DNA of 64,000 nt, taken from contig OZ245015.1 of NCBI GenBank assembly GCA_965223705.1, forward strand, positions 832,001-896,000, in the 5' to 3' direction. Numbering within the stretch: the stretch's first letter is position 1; each line of letters starts with the position of its first letter. The notes below the pieces were generated by a model, which saw only the letters and a program-made list of their open reading frames with translations, was not told the DNA's origin and made no database searches. The DNA comes from Myxococcota bacterium. GTDB lineage: Bacteria > Myxococcota_A > UBA9160 > UBA6930. Below, piece by piece: positions 1 to 10,455 of the stretch. Position numbers and translations under genes: made by a program.

Positions 1-2
1 TC

Positions 3-1415
3 GGAAACGTCGAGGAAGGCGTCGCGTCGACCCGAGCGCTGCTCTCGGAATTCGAAGCGGTGAGTGCGCGTTTCGCGGAACCCCTCGACGACGACGCGAT
101 GGAGAAACTGCTCGCCGAGCAGGCCGCGCTCCAAGACCAGATCGACGCGGCGGGGGCGTGGGAGCTCGACCGCACCCTGGAGATCGCGATGGACGCCCTG
201 CGCTTGCCGTCGGGGGACGCCGACGTTTCCACGCTCTCGGGTGGCGAGCGGCGCCGCGTCGCATTGTGTCGCCTTCTGCTTCAAAAGCCCGACATGCTGC
301 TGCTCGACGAGCCGACGAACCATCTCGATGCGGAGTCCGTGGCATGGCTCGAGCGCTACTTGGATGAATACCCGGGCACGGTCGTCGCCGTAACGCACGA
401 CCGCTACTTCCTCGATAATGTCGCCGGTTGGATCCTCGAACTCGATCGCGGCGCCGGGATTCCCTACCAGGGCAACTACAGCGGTTGGCTCGAGCAGAAG
501 CAGGCGCGGCTGGCCGTCGAGGAGAAGCGAGCCGGTGCGCGCCAACGAACGCTCGCTCGCGAACTCGAGTGGGTGCGCATGTCGCCTCGGGCGCGCCAGG
601 CGAAGAGCAAGGCGCGGATCAAGGCCTTCGAGACGCTGCGTGCGGAAGAGGAAGAACGCGCTCCCGACACCGTTGAAATTGCGATTCCGCCGGGCCCCCG
701 GCTCGGTGATGTCGTCGCCGAAGCGCAAGGCCTGCGCAAGGGCTTCGGCGAGAAGCTCTTGATCGAAGATCTCTCCTTCTCGCTACCGCCCGGCGGCATC
801 GTCGGCGTGATCGGCGGCAACGGCGCCGGAAAGACCACGCTCTTCCGCATGCTCGTCGGCGAGGAGCAGCCCGACGCTGGAAGCCTGCGACTGGGAGAGA
901 CGGTCAAAATCGCTTACGTCGACCAGGGCCGGGAGGATCTCGCCGGCGACAACACCGTCTACGAAGAAGTCAGCGGTGGTGATGACCTCATCAAAGTCGG
1001 TCGTCGCGAGATCAATGCGCGGGCATACGTCGGATCCTTCGGTTTCAAGGGAGCGGATCAGCAGAAGCGCGTCGGGCAGTTGTCCGGCGGCGAGCGGAAC
1101 CGCTTGCAGCTCGCGAAACTCCTCAAGAGCGCCGGTAACGTCCTGCTCCTCGACGAGCCGACGAACGATCTCGACGTCGACACGTTGCGGGCGTTGGAGG
1201 AGGCACTTCTCGGCTTCGCCGGCTGCGTTGTGGTCATTTCCCACGATCGCTGGTTCCTCGACCGGATCGCGACGCATATCTTGGCATTCGAGGGCGACAG
1301 CCACGTCGAGTGGTTCGAGGGGAACTACCAAGAATACGAAGCCGATCGGCGCAAGCGCCAAGGCGACCAAGCGGAGCAGCCGCACCGTCTCCGCTACAAG
1401 CGGCTCGAGAGCTGA
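3..1415 (+). CDS. ettA: Energy-dependent translational throttle protein EttA (ABC-F ATPase), 5'-truncated by the window edge
   Basis: Frame is open from position 3. Two ABC domains (LSGGE x2, LLLDEPTN x2, GGNGAGKT), the [17 protein letters not shown] linker and the PHRLRYK C-terminus typical of EttA. Confidence 0.95.
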   Translation, partial: GNVEEGVASTRALLSEFEAVSARFAEPLDDDAMEKLLAEQAALQDQIDAAGAWELDRTLEIAMDALRLPSGDADVSTLSGGERRRVALCRLLLQKPDMLLLDEPTNHLDAESVAWLERYLDEYPGTVVAVTHDRYFLDNVAGWILELDRGAGIPYQGNYSGWLEQKQARLAVEEKRAGARQRTLARELEWVRMSPRARQAKSKARIKAFETLRAEEEERAPDTVEIAIPPGPRLGDVVAEAQGLRKGFGEKLLIEDLSFSLPPGGIVGVIGGNGAGKTTLFRMLVGEEQPDAGSLRLGETVKIAYVDQGREDLAGDNTVYEEVSGGDDLIKVGRREINARAYVGSFGFKGADQQKRVGQLSGGERNRLQLAKLLKSAGNVLLLDEPTNDLDVDTLRALEEALLGFAGCVVVISHDRWFLDRIATHILAFEGDSHVEWFEGNYQEYEADRRKRQGDQAEQPHRLRYKRLES

Positions 1416-1417
1416 CG

Positions 1418-3229
1418 ATGTCGCTCGAGCGGCTTCGGGCCGCCGTCGACGCGGTGATTGAAGGCCAGCAACGCGCGAAGACCGGGATTCTGCTGGCCAT
1501 CTTGGCGCGCGAGCACGCATATCTCGAGGGGCCGCCGGGAAGCGGGAAGACGCTCCTCGCGGAATCGATCGCTGCGCTTTGCGGGGCGCGCTATCGCGTC
1601 ATCCGCTTCCATCGCGACACGCGAGAGCAGGAGCTTCTCGGCGACGCCCTGCTGTATCGCGCTTCGCTCGAAGAGGGCGGCGGGGAGCAGTTGTCTCGCC
1701 GCCTGGTAGGTGGCCCGTTTCGGGACGCCGAGATTGTGGTGCTCGACGATATGTCGCGTGCCCCCGGCGAAGCGCTCGCTCCGCTGTTGCGAATCTTGGC
1801 GTCGCGCGAGGCCAACGGTGCTGCGCTTCCACTGGAGACAGCGATCACGACGGCACTGCCGCCCGGCCTCGAGCTCTACGCGGATCCGCTCGAGCCGACA
1901 CAACTGGACCGCTTCGCGGTACAGGTTCGGATCCCCGGGCTCTTGTACGCCGGCGACTGGACGCGCGCCCGCCGCGTCTTCGACGCAGCAACGCTCGAGG
2001 GCGCGCCGATCATCGACTCCGCGGAGCGCCAACGCCTTCAGTCGGCTTCCGCTGCCGTGGAGGTCCCGGAGCGCATTCGCGGCTTGTGGCTCGAGCTACT
2101 CGGACATATCCAGGAGATCGCGGAAGGCACTGGGAGCGCCATCACGGATCGCTCGCTTTCCCAATCGGGCCTCTCGCTGTTGCGAGCCCACGCGTGCTTG
2201 CGCGGCGCTGACACCGCGGACGAGCGCGATCTCGAAGTCGTTCGGTACATGCTGGCGCGCCGCGCCCCCGAGCTCCGCGACGCCGATATCGCGGCGCTCC
2301 TCGAGTTCGTGGTTCGGCCGAAAGAGCAGGAGAAAACCGAGGAATCCGAAGGCGGCGCACCGCGCCGAACGGAAACGGCCGACGGCGAAGACGACGCTCC
2401 CGAAGCGAAAGCTTCGCAGGCGGCGGGTGAAGGAGAGGACTCCGATCAAAGAACGGGGCCGAAAGCGTTGCGCCGTCCCGCGGCTCGGGCCGATGTCAGC
2501 GTGCTGCTCCGCGCTCTCGAAGGGCGCTTCGATCGCGGCGGCGTAGACGCCGAACCGGATCCGGGCGGCGTCCCGCGGCGAATCGAGCGGCTCCAGCGTT
2601 TCGACGGTTTTCTCGACGCCGACCCGGTGGAGACCTTGCTCCTGGCCGAAGGGCGGCTCGCTGAAATGCCTCGGGCGCTCCGGCGTGAGCGCTACAACCG
2701 CGGCGGCGCCGTCGCCGTGCTGCGCGACGTGTCTGCCTCGATGGACGGCGACTTCGCGCAGTGGTCCGGCGAGGTGGTCGCAGGGATCGTCCGTGCCGGC
2801 GCGCGCCGCCGCATGCGTGTCGGCTATCTCGAGTTCAATCACGAGGCGAAACCGTTCGAAGTCGACGGCGCTTTTCTCCATCGGCGCTACGGCCCGCTCC
2901 TCGCGACGGCACAGCACGCCCGGGCGCTCGGTCGCACGAACTACGAGGCCGCGTTGCGCACGGCGCTCGCCGAATTCGAAGGTCAGGGCGGAAGAAACCG
3001 TCATATCGTCATGCTGACCGACGGAGTGCCCGTCCTCGGAGATCCGGTGGTCGAGCGCGAGCGCGCGGAAGCGAAGCGGCTCGGGGTAAAAATTCACACC
3101 GTGTTCATCGGAAAAGGTGAAGCCCCGCGTATTCTCGACCGCTTGTCGCTCGAAACCCACGGCGTCCGTTTCGCCGCGAAGCCCGAGCGGGGCGGGCGCA
3201 TCGCTTTGGCCGAGCGGAAAGCGGCCTAG
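1418..3229 (+). CDS. RavA/MoxR-like AAA+ ATPase fused via an acidic linker to a C-terminal vWA domain (603 aa)
   Basis: ATG 1418 is 2 nt after the ettA stop (the ORF-track start 1310 lies inside ettA). Walker A GPPGSGKT, Walker B VVLDD, LDRF arginine-finger region, vWA MIDAS DVSAS plus TNY and LTDG. Confidence 0.85.
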   Translation: MSLERLRAAVDAVIEGQQRAKTGILLAILAREHAYLEGPPGSGKTLLAESIAALCGARYRVIRFHRDTREQELLGDALLYRASLEEGGGEQLSRRLVGGPFRDAEIVVLDDMSRAPGEALAPLLRILASREANGAALPLETAITTALPPGLELYADPLEPTQLDRFAVQVRIPGLLYAGDWTRARRVFDAATLEGAPIIDSAERQRLQSASAAVEVPERIRGLWLELLGHIQEIAEGTGSAITDRSLSQSGLSLLRAHACLRGADTADERDLEVVRYMLARRAPELRDADIAALLEFVVRPKEQEKTEESEGGAPRRTETADGEDDAPEAKASQAAGEGEDSDQRTGPKALRRPAARADVSVLLRALEGRFDRGGVDAEPDPGGVPRRIERLQRFDGFLDADPVETLLLAEGRLAEMPRALRRERYNRGGAVAVLRDVSASMDGDFAQWSGEVVAGIVRAGARRRMRVGYLEFNHEAKPFEVDGAFLHRRYGPLLATAQHARALGRTNYEAALRTALAEFEGQGGRNRHIVMLTDGVPVLGDPVVERERAEAKRLGVKIHTVFIGKGEAPRILDRLSLETHGVRFAAKPERGGRIALAERKAA

Positions 3230-3259
3230 CCCGGATCGATGGATGGAGTGTATTCCCTG

Positions 3260-4201
3260 ATGGATGCTCGAATCGCGCCGCTTCGCGAAGCACTCGACCG
3301 TCACGTGGTCGGACACGACGACGCGAAGCAGGCGATCCTGCTCGCGATCTTGTGTCGGGAGCACGTCTATATCGAGGGGCCTCCGGGCACCGCGAAGACC
3401 CGTATGGCCGAGGTCGCGTCGCGCGCTTCGGACCTCGAGTTCTTCTTCTACCAACTCCACCGTGATACCCGACTGCCAGAACTCGTCGGCGACGTCGTCC
3501 TCGAGCGACGCCAGACTGAGAGCGGCGGGGAGCTGATTCATCAGCGGACGCTCCCGGGCGGCATCCTGACCGCGGAAGTTTGCGTCCTCGACGACATTTC
3601 GCGAGCTCCGGGTGAAGCGCTCAACGTCTTGCTCCAGATTCTCAACGAAAGGCGTTTCGGCGAAGCGTCGATCCCACTGCTCACCGCCATCGCGACGAGT
3701 AACCCCGCCAGCGACGAGTACTACAACGAACCCCTCGACCCGGCGAACCTCGATCGGTTCGCCGTTCAGTTGCGCGTGTCGAGCTTGCTCGGCGGCGACG
3801 ACACGGAGTCGGCGCGCCGCTTGATCGATCGTTTTGTCTCCGGAGAAGTCCGCGAAGAACACGGAACGGAGCCCGTGTGCGATCGCGCAACCCTCGACGC
3901 CCTGCACGACGAGATCGCGCGGACGCCGGTGCCGGAGAGCGTCAAGGATGCGCTCCTCGACGTGTTTCGGGCCCTCGTCCTAGACCACGGCTGCAACGAG
4001 ACGAACTCGCTGCTCACCGACCGGAGCTTCCTCGTCAAATCGATCAAGCTGCTGCGCGGACGCGCAGTTCTGTCGGGTCGGGATCAGGTGGGCCTCGAGG
4101 ATCTCGAAGTGCTCCGCTGGATGACGACGTTTCGCATCCCCGAAGACGTTCACGAGAAGTTCCCCGAGATTCTTCGAGACGTCGTCGCGCGTCGGAGCTA
4201 A
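3260..4201 (+). CDS. RavA/MoxR-family AAA+ ATPase (stand-alone)
   Basis: GPPGTAKT (RavA-like Walker A), [25 protein letters not shown] 3260 has GGAG at 3245-3248; 3239 is an alternative start. Confidence 0.87.
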   Translation: MDARIAPLREALDRHVVGHDDAKQAILLAILCREHVYIEGPPGTAKTRMAEVASRASDLEFFFYQLHRDTRLPELVGDVVLERRQTESGGELIHQRTLPGGILTAEVCVLDDISRAPGEALNVLLQILNERRFGEASIPLLTAIATSNPASDEYYNEPLDPANLDRFAVQLRVSSLLGGDDTESARRLIDRFVSGEVREEHGTEPVCDRATLDALHDEIARTPVPESVKDALLDVFRALVLDHGCNETNSLLTDRSFLVKSIKLLRGRAVLSGRDQVGLEDLEVLRWMTTFRIPEDVHEKFPEILRDVVARRS

Positions 4202-5433
4202 CCGGCGAAGCCCTTTTGGATCCGACGGATCGCTTCCTCGACGTTTTCTCGCGAGTTGAACGCGGAGAGGCGGAGGTAGCCCTCGCCCGAAGGGCCGAAG
4301 CCCGCGCCGGGAGTGCCGACGACGTGCGCCTCGGACAGCAGGCGATCGAAGAAGTCCCAGGAAGAGAGCCCCGCCGGCGTTCGCATCCAAATGTAGGGCG
4401 CGTGCTCACCGCCAAAGACCGTGAACCCCGCTGCGCCGAGGGCCTCCCGGAGGCGAGCCGCGTTCGCGCGGTAGTGGTCGACCTGTTCCTGCGTCTGTTT
4501 CCGGCCGGCATCGGAGAACACCGCCTCGGCGCCCCGTTGGATCAAGTACGGGACGCTGTTGAACTTCGTCGAATGGCGGCGCGACCAGAGGTCGCGGATC
4601 GAGACTCGCGCGCCGTCTGTCGCGATACCCACGAGCTCAGAGGGAATCGTCGTGTAGGCACAGCGCACACCGGTAAAGCCGGCGCGCTTCGAGAAGCTGC
4701 GCATTTCGATGGCGCATTCGCGCGAGCCGGAAATCTCGAAAATCGATCGCGGCAATTCCGGATCTCCGATGAACGCGTCGTAGGCGGCGTCGAAGATCAA
4801 GATCGCTTTGCGCTCGCGCGCCCATTCGACCCACTGCACCAAGTCGGAGCGCGTCATGACGGCGCCCGTCGGATTGTTGGGGGAGCACAGGTAGGCGAGG
4901 TCGATGGCTTCGTCGGGGGGAGCGGGGCTAAAGGCGTTCTCCTCCGTCGCCGGGAGGTAGACGATCCCAGAGTAGCGACCGGCTTCGTCGGCTTCGCCCG
5001 TTCGGCCGGCCATAACGTTCGTGTCGACGTAGACGGGGTACACCGGATCCGTCACGCAGATGCGACATTCGCTGCCGAAGATCTCCTGAATGTTTCCACT
5101 GTCCTGCTTGCTTCCGTCGGAGACGAAAATCTCGTCGGGCGAGATCTCGACGCCACGGGCCGCGTAGTCGTGCTCGGCGATCGCGTCTCGCAAGAAGTCG
5201 TAACCCTGCTCCGGTCCGTAGCCGCGGAATCCCGCTTCGCTTCCCAGTTCCGCCGCGGCGTGTTGCAGGGCCTCGACGACGGCGGGGGCGAGAGGCAGCG
5301 TGACATCGCCGATCCCCAGGCGGATCACCGCCGCTTCGGGGTGCGACTCGACGAAACTACCGACACGTCGGGAGATTTCGGGGAAGAGGTAGCCGGCTTG
5401 CAGCTTGCGGTAGTGGTCGTTGATCCGGGCCAT
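4198..5433 (-). CDS. dapL: LL-diaminopimelate aminotransferase
   Basis: [32 protein letters not shown], and the PLP lysine motif [13 protein letters not shown]. Confidence 0.95.
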   Translation of the reverse strand: MARINDHYRKLQAGYLFPEISRRVGSFVESHPEAAVIRLGIGDVTLPLAPAVVEALQHAAAELGSEAGFRGYGPEQGYDFLRDAIAEHDYAARGVEISPDEIFVSDGSKQDSGNIQEIFGSECRICVTDPVYPVYVDTNVMAGRTGEADEAGRYSGIVYLPATEENAFSPAPPDEAIDLAYLCSPNNPTGAVMTRSDLVQWVEWARERKAILIFDAAYDAFIGDPELPRSIFEISGSRECAIEMRSFSKRAGFTGVRCAYTTIPSELVGIATDGARVSIRDLWSRRHSTKFNSVPYLIQRGAEAVFSDAGRKQTQEQVDHYRANAARLREALGAAGFTVFGGEHAPYIWMRTPAGLSSWDFFDRLLSEAHVVGTPGAGFGPSGEGYLRLSAFNSRENVEEAIRRIQKGFAG

Positions 5434-5448
5434 GACCGGACCATAGCG

Positions 5449-7083
5449 CTACGAGGCGCGATCCGGATCGAAAAGCACACCCGGGTTGAGCGTCGCTGCG
5501 GGGTCGAGTTCGCGCTTCGCCGCGCGCATCGCGCGTTCGAATACGTCCGGCCGTTGGCCGTCGTACCAGCGGCGGTGATCCCTGCCCACGGCGTGGTGGT
5601 GCGTCACCGTGCCGCCGCCAGTCATCACCGCTTCGAGCGCCGCCGCCTTGATTTCGTCCCACTGAGCGAGCTCACTGCCGCGCTTTCCCAGAGCCGTGAC
5701 GGAGTAGTAGGGAGCCGGGCCGTCGGGATACACGTGGGTGAAGCGACACGTGACGGTGCCTCCGCCACAGATCTTGTCGACCGCTTCCCGGGTTGCCCGC
5801 ATGACCGATCGGTGAAAGTCGGGGAACCGCTCCCAGGTGATCGCCGTTTCGAAGGTGTCCATCACCATCGAGTGTTGTAGCAGGATGTCGCGGATGTAAG
5901 GCATCTCGATGAACGCTTTGCGCCACGCGCCGGCCGCACCCGAGCGCGACACGTTCTGGCTATCACCGGATTCAGAGCGCAGCTCCTCGTCGTCGATCTC
6001 CCCACCCGCGTCGCGACAGATTTCGACGGCGCGTCGCAGTTTCTCGTCGGTCGGGTGGTCGGCGGACTCGAAACCCAGAATGAAGACCGAGCACGATCCG
6101 TCCCCGGCACCGGCGTTCTTCGCCTCGATGGCGTCGAGGATGCGGCAATTCGTCGGGAATAGACCCGATTGAGCGACGCGCCGGACCGCCTCGGCGCCCC
6201 GAATGAAATCCTCGTCGCCGCGATAGCGAACCGCGGCGCTGGCGCGATATCGGGGGCGATCCTGGAGACGCATCCAGGCTTCGACGATCACGCCGAGCGT
6301 CCCTTCGGAGCCGGCGATCATGCGATCCGGGCTCGGTCCGGCGCCCGAACCGGGCAGGCGCCGACTCTCGAGCACACCGGTGGGCGTGACGACGCGAGCC
6401 GACTCGAGAAGATCTTCGATGTGGGTGTAGACCGTCGCGAAGTGTCCGCCGGAGCGCGTGGCGATCCAGCCGCCGAGGCTCGAGAACTCGAAGGACTGGG
6501 GAAAGTGTCGCAGCGTCAGTCCGTGCGGGCGAAGTTGTGATTCGAGATCGGGTCCCAGCACGCCGGCCTGAATGCGCGCGGCACGCGAGGTTCGGTCGAC
6601 CTCGAGGACTTCGCGCATCGCGGTCAGGTCGAGACTGATCGCGCCGGCATAGTCGCCGCTTTCGGGGCCCGGCATTTCGACGCCACCGACCACACTCGAC
6701 CCGCCGCCGAAGGGAATCGCGGCGAGGTGCTCGGACCCACACCAATCGAGCAAAGCGGCCACGTCTTCTTCGGTGCGCGGGTACGCCACCCAATCCGGCG
6801 GGTTCGGGAATTCACGGCGCAGGGCGCGCACGACGTCGCGATAGCCGTTGCCGTAGTGATGGGCGGCGCGATCTCGAGGGGAATCGACACAAAGCTCGGC
6901 AAGAGTCTTGGGTACCGGCACGCGGGGTGGCCGCAGCTCGAGCTCGGAAACCCTCGGAGGGGGGATCTTTTCGGGAAGCGGTCGCCCGAAGCGCTTTTCG
7001 ATACCCCGCGCGATGCCGGCGGCTTGCTCCTCGTTGGGTCCCGCCCCTTCGAAACCCCAACCCCAGAATTTTCGCTCGGCCAT
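5449..7083 (-). CDS. FAD-binding oxidoreductase, VAO/alkyl-DHAP-synthase-like
   Basis: KFWGWG start, PFGGGSSVVGG, HFPQSFEFSSLGGWIATRSGG, GSEGTLG, THHHAVG, LNPG. The start is moved to ATG 7083. Confidence 0.9.
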   Translation of the reverse strand: MAERKFWGWGFEGAGPNEEQAAGIARGIEKRFGRPLPEKIPPPRVSELELRPPRVPVPKTLAELCVDSPRDRAAHHYGNGYRDVVRALRREFPNPPDWVAYPRTEEDVAALLDWCGSEHLAAIPFGGGSSVVGGVEMPGPESGDYAGAISLDLTAMREVLEVDRTSRAARIQAGVLGPDLESQLRPHGLTLRHFPQSFEFSSLGGWIATRSGGHFATVYTHIEDLLESARVVTPTGVLESRRLPGSGAGPSPDRMIAGSEGTLGVIVEAWMRLQDRPRYRASAAVRYRGDEDFIRGAEAVRRVAQSGLFPTNCRILDAIEAKNAGAGDGSCSVFILGFESADHPTDEKLRRAVEICRDAGGEIDDEELRSESGDSQNVSRSGAAGAWRKAFIEMPYIRDILLQHSMVMDTFETAITWERFPDFHRSVMRATREAVDKICGGGTVTCRFTHVYPDGPAPYYSVTALGKRGSELAQWDEIKAAALEAVMTGGGTVTHHHAVGRDHRRWYDGQRPDVFERAMRAAKRELDPAATLNPGVLFDPDRAS

Positions 7084-7127
7084 GGGCGGAGGGTACTCCG
7101 CTGAGGGCGGTAGTCCTACGGCGATGC

Positions 7128-7574
7128 CTACAGTGCGGATCCCGCTGCGAGCAGCGCGCTGACGACGACGAGCGAAGCGGTCATCCACCGCGTCCAGGGC
7201 AGGCGCGCAGCGATCGGCTTGGGGAGCGAACTCGCGGTCTCTCGCAGGAGGTTCGCCGCTTCGAGGCCGTGTCCCTGCGCGGTCGCTTCGGATAGGCCTT
7301 GGCGGGTCAGGAGCGTTACGGCCTGAGTCAGATCACCGCCGCGATCGAGGAGTTCGAACGCGAGTAGGGTAGGCGCGAGGCGCGACGCCTCGGGCATGCT
7401 GACGCCGCGGTTTCGCATCCGTCGTTCGACGCCGGCGACGCCTGCCGCGAGGATGACCGGATAGCGGGCGTTCAAGACCCCCGCCGCGGCGCGCGCATGA
7501 TCCGGCGGGATGCCCCGCGCTTCGAAAATGTCTCGCAAAGTGAGAAAACGAGTCCGAGTGGCCGGTTGCGACAC
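7128..7574 (-). CDS. Hypothetical protein with a C-terminal hydrophobic helix
   Basis: 148-aa ORF filling the gap, co-oriented with its neighbours, natural composition, C-terminal TM-like segment. Confidence 0.6.
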   Translation of the reverse strand: MSQPATRTRFLTLRDIFEARGIPPDHARAAAGVLNARYPVILAAGVAGVERRMRNRGVSMPEASRLAPTLLAFELLDRGGDLTQAVTLLTRQGLSEATAQGHGLEAANLLRETASSLPKPIAARLPWTRWMTASLVVVSALLAAGSAL

Positions 7575-7653
7575 GGGACCCCTCCATGCCTGTGAAATCT
7601 CTCGGCAGGAAGGGCAGCGAGCTTAAGCTTCAGTGGAAGAATCGAGCGAGGGA

Positions 7654-9129
7654 CTAGCGCACCGGGCGAATTTCACCGCGGTGGAGGCGGTCGAGGTAAT
7701 CGTCGAGATCCCGTTTGACGTAGCCCGAAAGCATCACCACACCGACGATATTGGGAAACGCCATCCCGAGCAGCATCAAGTCTCCGAAGTCGAGAACCGA
7801 CGAGGCGCTGGCGACGGCGCCGATCCAGGCGAACGTCACAAAGAGCACGCGGTAGACACCGACAGAGTCTTCGCCGAGGAGTCGCGCCCAAGCCTGCTCT
7901 CCGTAGTAGCTCCACGAGATCATGGTGCTGAAGGCGAACAACACGGCGGTGATCGACAAAATGATGGGGAACCAAGGGAAGACCTTTGCGAACGCCCAGG
8001 ACGTGAGCTGAATCCCGCCCCCGAGATCGGGTTGGAGGTACGCACCGGTGATCACGATGACGAGCCCCGTCATCGTGCACACGACGACGGTGTCGATGAA
8101 CGGTTCGAGAAGGGCCACGATTCCTTCGCGCACCGGCTCGTCGGTAGACGCGGCGGCGTGGGCGATGGGTGCGGAGCCGACGCCGGCCTCGTTGGAAAAG
8201 GCGGCGCGGCGAAACCCCTGGATCACGACGGCGGTCATTCCGCCCCACGCGGCGGCCTCGGGCGCGAAGGCAGCGCGCACGATGGTCGCCAGTGCGTCAC
8301 CGACTTGATCGATGTGGATCCCGAGCACCAGTAAGCCCGCGACGATGTAGATGGCGCACATTCCGGGTACGAGAACCGCAGCGACTTCGCCGATGCGTTT
8401 GATTCCGCCGATGATGACGACCCCGACCAGCGTGGCGAGGACCAAACCGAAAATGGCAGCGCCAAAACGATCCGAGAGGAAGGGGAGTACGCCCGCCACC
8501 TGAGCATACGATTGGTTGGCCTGGAACATGTTCCCGCCGCCGAAGCTCGCTCCGATACACAAGATCGAGAACACCACGGACAGAAACGCGCCGAAGCGTG
8601 GCCAGCCGAGCTCCGAGAGGCCTTGCGACAGGTAGTGCATGGGCCCGCCCGACACCGTTCCGTCGGAGCGCACCACTCGGTAGCGCTGGCCGAGGGTGCA
8701 CTCGGCGAACTTCGAGCTCATGCCGAGAAGGCCCGCGAGGACCATCCAGAAAACCGCGCCGGGTCCACCCTTGGAGACAGCGAACGCCACCCCGGCGATG
8801 TTTCCCAAGCCGACGGTCGCCGAAAGCGCCGCCGAGAGCGCTTGAAAGTGCGAAATCTCCCCCACCTCGTCGGCGCGCGTAAACCGGCCGCGTACGCACG
8901 CAACCGCGTGACGAAAAGCCCGTACGTTGATGAAGTGAAAGCGCCCGGTGAAAAAGAGCGCGCCAAAAATCAGCCAAACGATCAGGAGGGGAAGCTCGAC
9001 CTCATCGGCGCGGCCGTTGTCCCAGAACGCGACGTCGAAGAAGAACACCGCTGAAATCGGTTCGACGATCCAGCGGGCGAACACCTGATCGAGCAGCGAG
9101 AAGAATCCCGCCTGCGGCGTGGGGTCCAC
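7654..9129 (-). CDS. Alanine/glycine:cation symporter (AGCS/AlsT family)
   Basis: SHFQAL, ATVGLGNIAGVA, GGPGAVFWM, FSNEAGVGSAPIAH, EPFIDT; many TM helices. Confidence 0.95.
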   Translation of the reverse strand: MDPTPQAGFFSLLDQVFARWIVEPISAVFFFDVAFWDNGRADEVELPLLIVWLIFGALFFTGRFHFINVRAFRHAVACVRGRFTRADEVGEISHFQALSAALSATVGLGNIAGVAFAVSKGGPGAVFWMVLAGLLGMSSKFAECTLGQRYRVVRSDGTVSGGPMHYLSQGLSELGWPRFGAFLSVVFSILCIGASFGGGNMFQANQSYAQVAGVLPFLSDRFGAAIFGLVLATLVGVVIIGGIKRIGEVAAVLVPGMCAIYIVAGLLVLGIHIDQVGDALATIVRAAFAPEAAAWGGMTAVVIQGFRRAAFSNEAGVGSAPIAHAAASTDEPVREGIVALLEPFIDTVVVCTMTGLVIVITGAYLQPDLGGGIQLTSWAFAKVFPWFPIILSITAVLFAFSTMISWSYYGEQAWARLLGEDSVGVYRVLFVTFAWIGAVASASSVLDFGDLMLLGMAFPNIVGVVMLSGYVKRDLDDYLDRLHRGEIRPVR

Positions 9130-9257
9130 GGTCCACCTCTCGAGGGGCAGGGATTTCTTGGGGGGACCCGGGCCCGCTAAGATAAGGTCTCCGACAACAC
9201 CTGGAAAGCGCGGAACGGGCGGCGATCGCCTCCGAGCCTCGCCCGAGGAGAAGACCC

Positions 9258-10445
9258 ATGCGAGAAGCCGTCATCGTCGCCAACGCCCGAACGCCGATGG
9301 CCAAGTCCTACAGGGGATCATTCAACATGACGCGCCCCGATGACCTGGCATCCCACGCGATCAACGCCGCGCTCGAGCAAGTTCCGGCGCTCGACAAGAA
9401 CGAGATCGAAGACGTGGTGATGGGGTGTGCGCTGCCGGAAGGGCCCTCGGGGTCGAACGTGGCGCGTATCGCGGCACTCGGCGCGGGTCTCGATGCTTCC
9501 GTGGCCGCGACAACCGTGAATCGCTTTTGCTCCTCCGGACTCCAGGCGGTCGCGATGGCGGCGCACCGCGTGATCGTCGACGGCTGCGACGTGACGCTCG
9601 GCGGCGGCACGGAATCGATCAGCCTCGTGCAGAACGACAAGATGCGCACGAAAGATCTGCCGAACAAACGCGTTTCCGAGATGTGGCCCGGTATCTATAT
9701 GGGTATGGGCATGACCGCCGAAGTTGTGGCTTCGCGCTACGGAATTTCCCGAGAGGATCAGGACCGCTACGGCGTGCGTTCACAGGAGCTCACGGCGAAA
9801 GCGCAGAAAGACGGTGTGCTCGGCGAATGCATCGCTCCGATCACCGTCACGCGCGGCGTGAAGCAGAAAGACGGCGATTTCAAGGTCGAGGAGGGATATG
9901 TCTGCAGTCAGGACGAATGCAACCGCCCCGGTACGACGCTGGCCGACCTCGAGAAACTGAAGCCCGCGTTTACCGAAGACGGCTCGGTCACGGCGGGGAA
10001 CGCGTCCCAGTTCTCCGACGGTGCTTCGGCGACGATCGTGATGTCGAGCGAGCGAGCGAAGCAGTTGGGGCTCGCACCGATGGGCATCTTCCGCGGCCTG
10101 CAAGTCGCGGGGTGCAACCCGGACGAAATGGGAATCGGGCCCGTCTTCGCCGTTCCGAAGCTTCTCGAGCGCGCGGGCCTCACCATGGACGACATCGATG
10201 TGGTCGAGCTCAACGAGGCCTTCGCATCCCAGGTCCTGTATTGCCAACGACAACTCGAGATCCCGGATGAGAAGCTGAACCCGTTGGGCGGATCGATTTC
10301 CATCGGCCACCCCTACGGAATGACGGGTTCGCGGATGACCGGGCAACTGTTGCGTCACCTGAAGCGCACCGGCGGGCGGTACGGGATCGTCACGATGTGC
10401 GTCGGCGGCGGCATGGGCGCAGCGGGCCTGTTCGAAGCCTGTTAG
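9258..10445 (+). CDS. Acetyl-CoA C-acyltransferase (thiolase)
   Basis: NRFCSSG, NEAF, GHPYG, CVGGG catalytic motifs; GAGGAG SD. Confidence 0.95.
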   Translation: MREAVIVANARTPMAKSYRGSFNMTRPDDLASHAINAALEQVPALDKNEIEDVVMGCALPEGPSGSNVARIAALGAGLDASVAATTVNRFCSSGLQAVAMAAHRVIVDGCDVTLGGGTESISLVQNDKMRTKDLPNKRVSEMWPGIYMGMGMTAEVVASRYGISREDQDRYGVRSQELTAKAQKDGVLGECIAPITVTRGVKQKDGDFKVEEGYVCSQDECNRPGTTLADLEKLKPAFTEDGSVTAGNASQFSDGASATIVMSSERAKQLGLAPMGIFRGLQVAGCNPDEMGIGPVFAVPKLLERAGLTMDDIDVVELNEAFASQVLYCQRQLEIPDEKLNPLGGSISIGHPYGMTGSRMTGQLLRHLKRTGGRYGIVTMCVGGGMGAAGLFEAC

Positions 10446-10455
10446 CGAGCTCACC

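Noticed and set aside
3877..5880. 667-aa plus-strand ORF and similar long ORFs (2096-3907, 17396-18919, 47358-49202, 51602-53008, 61845-63194)
   Set aside because: Antisense shadows of well-supported genes, expected at high GC. They are Arg/Val-rich and carry no family motifs.
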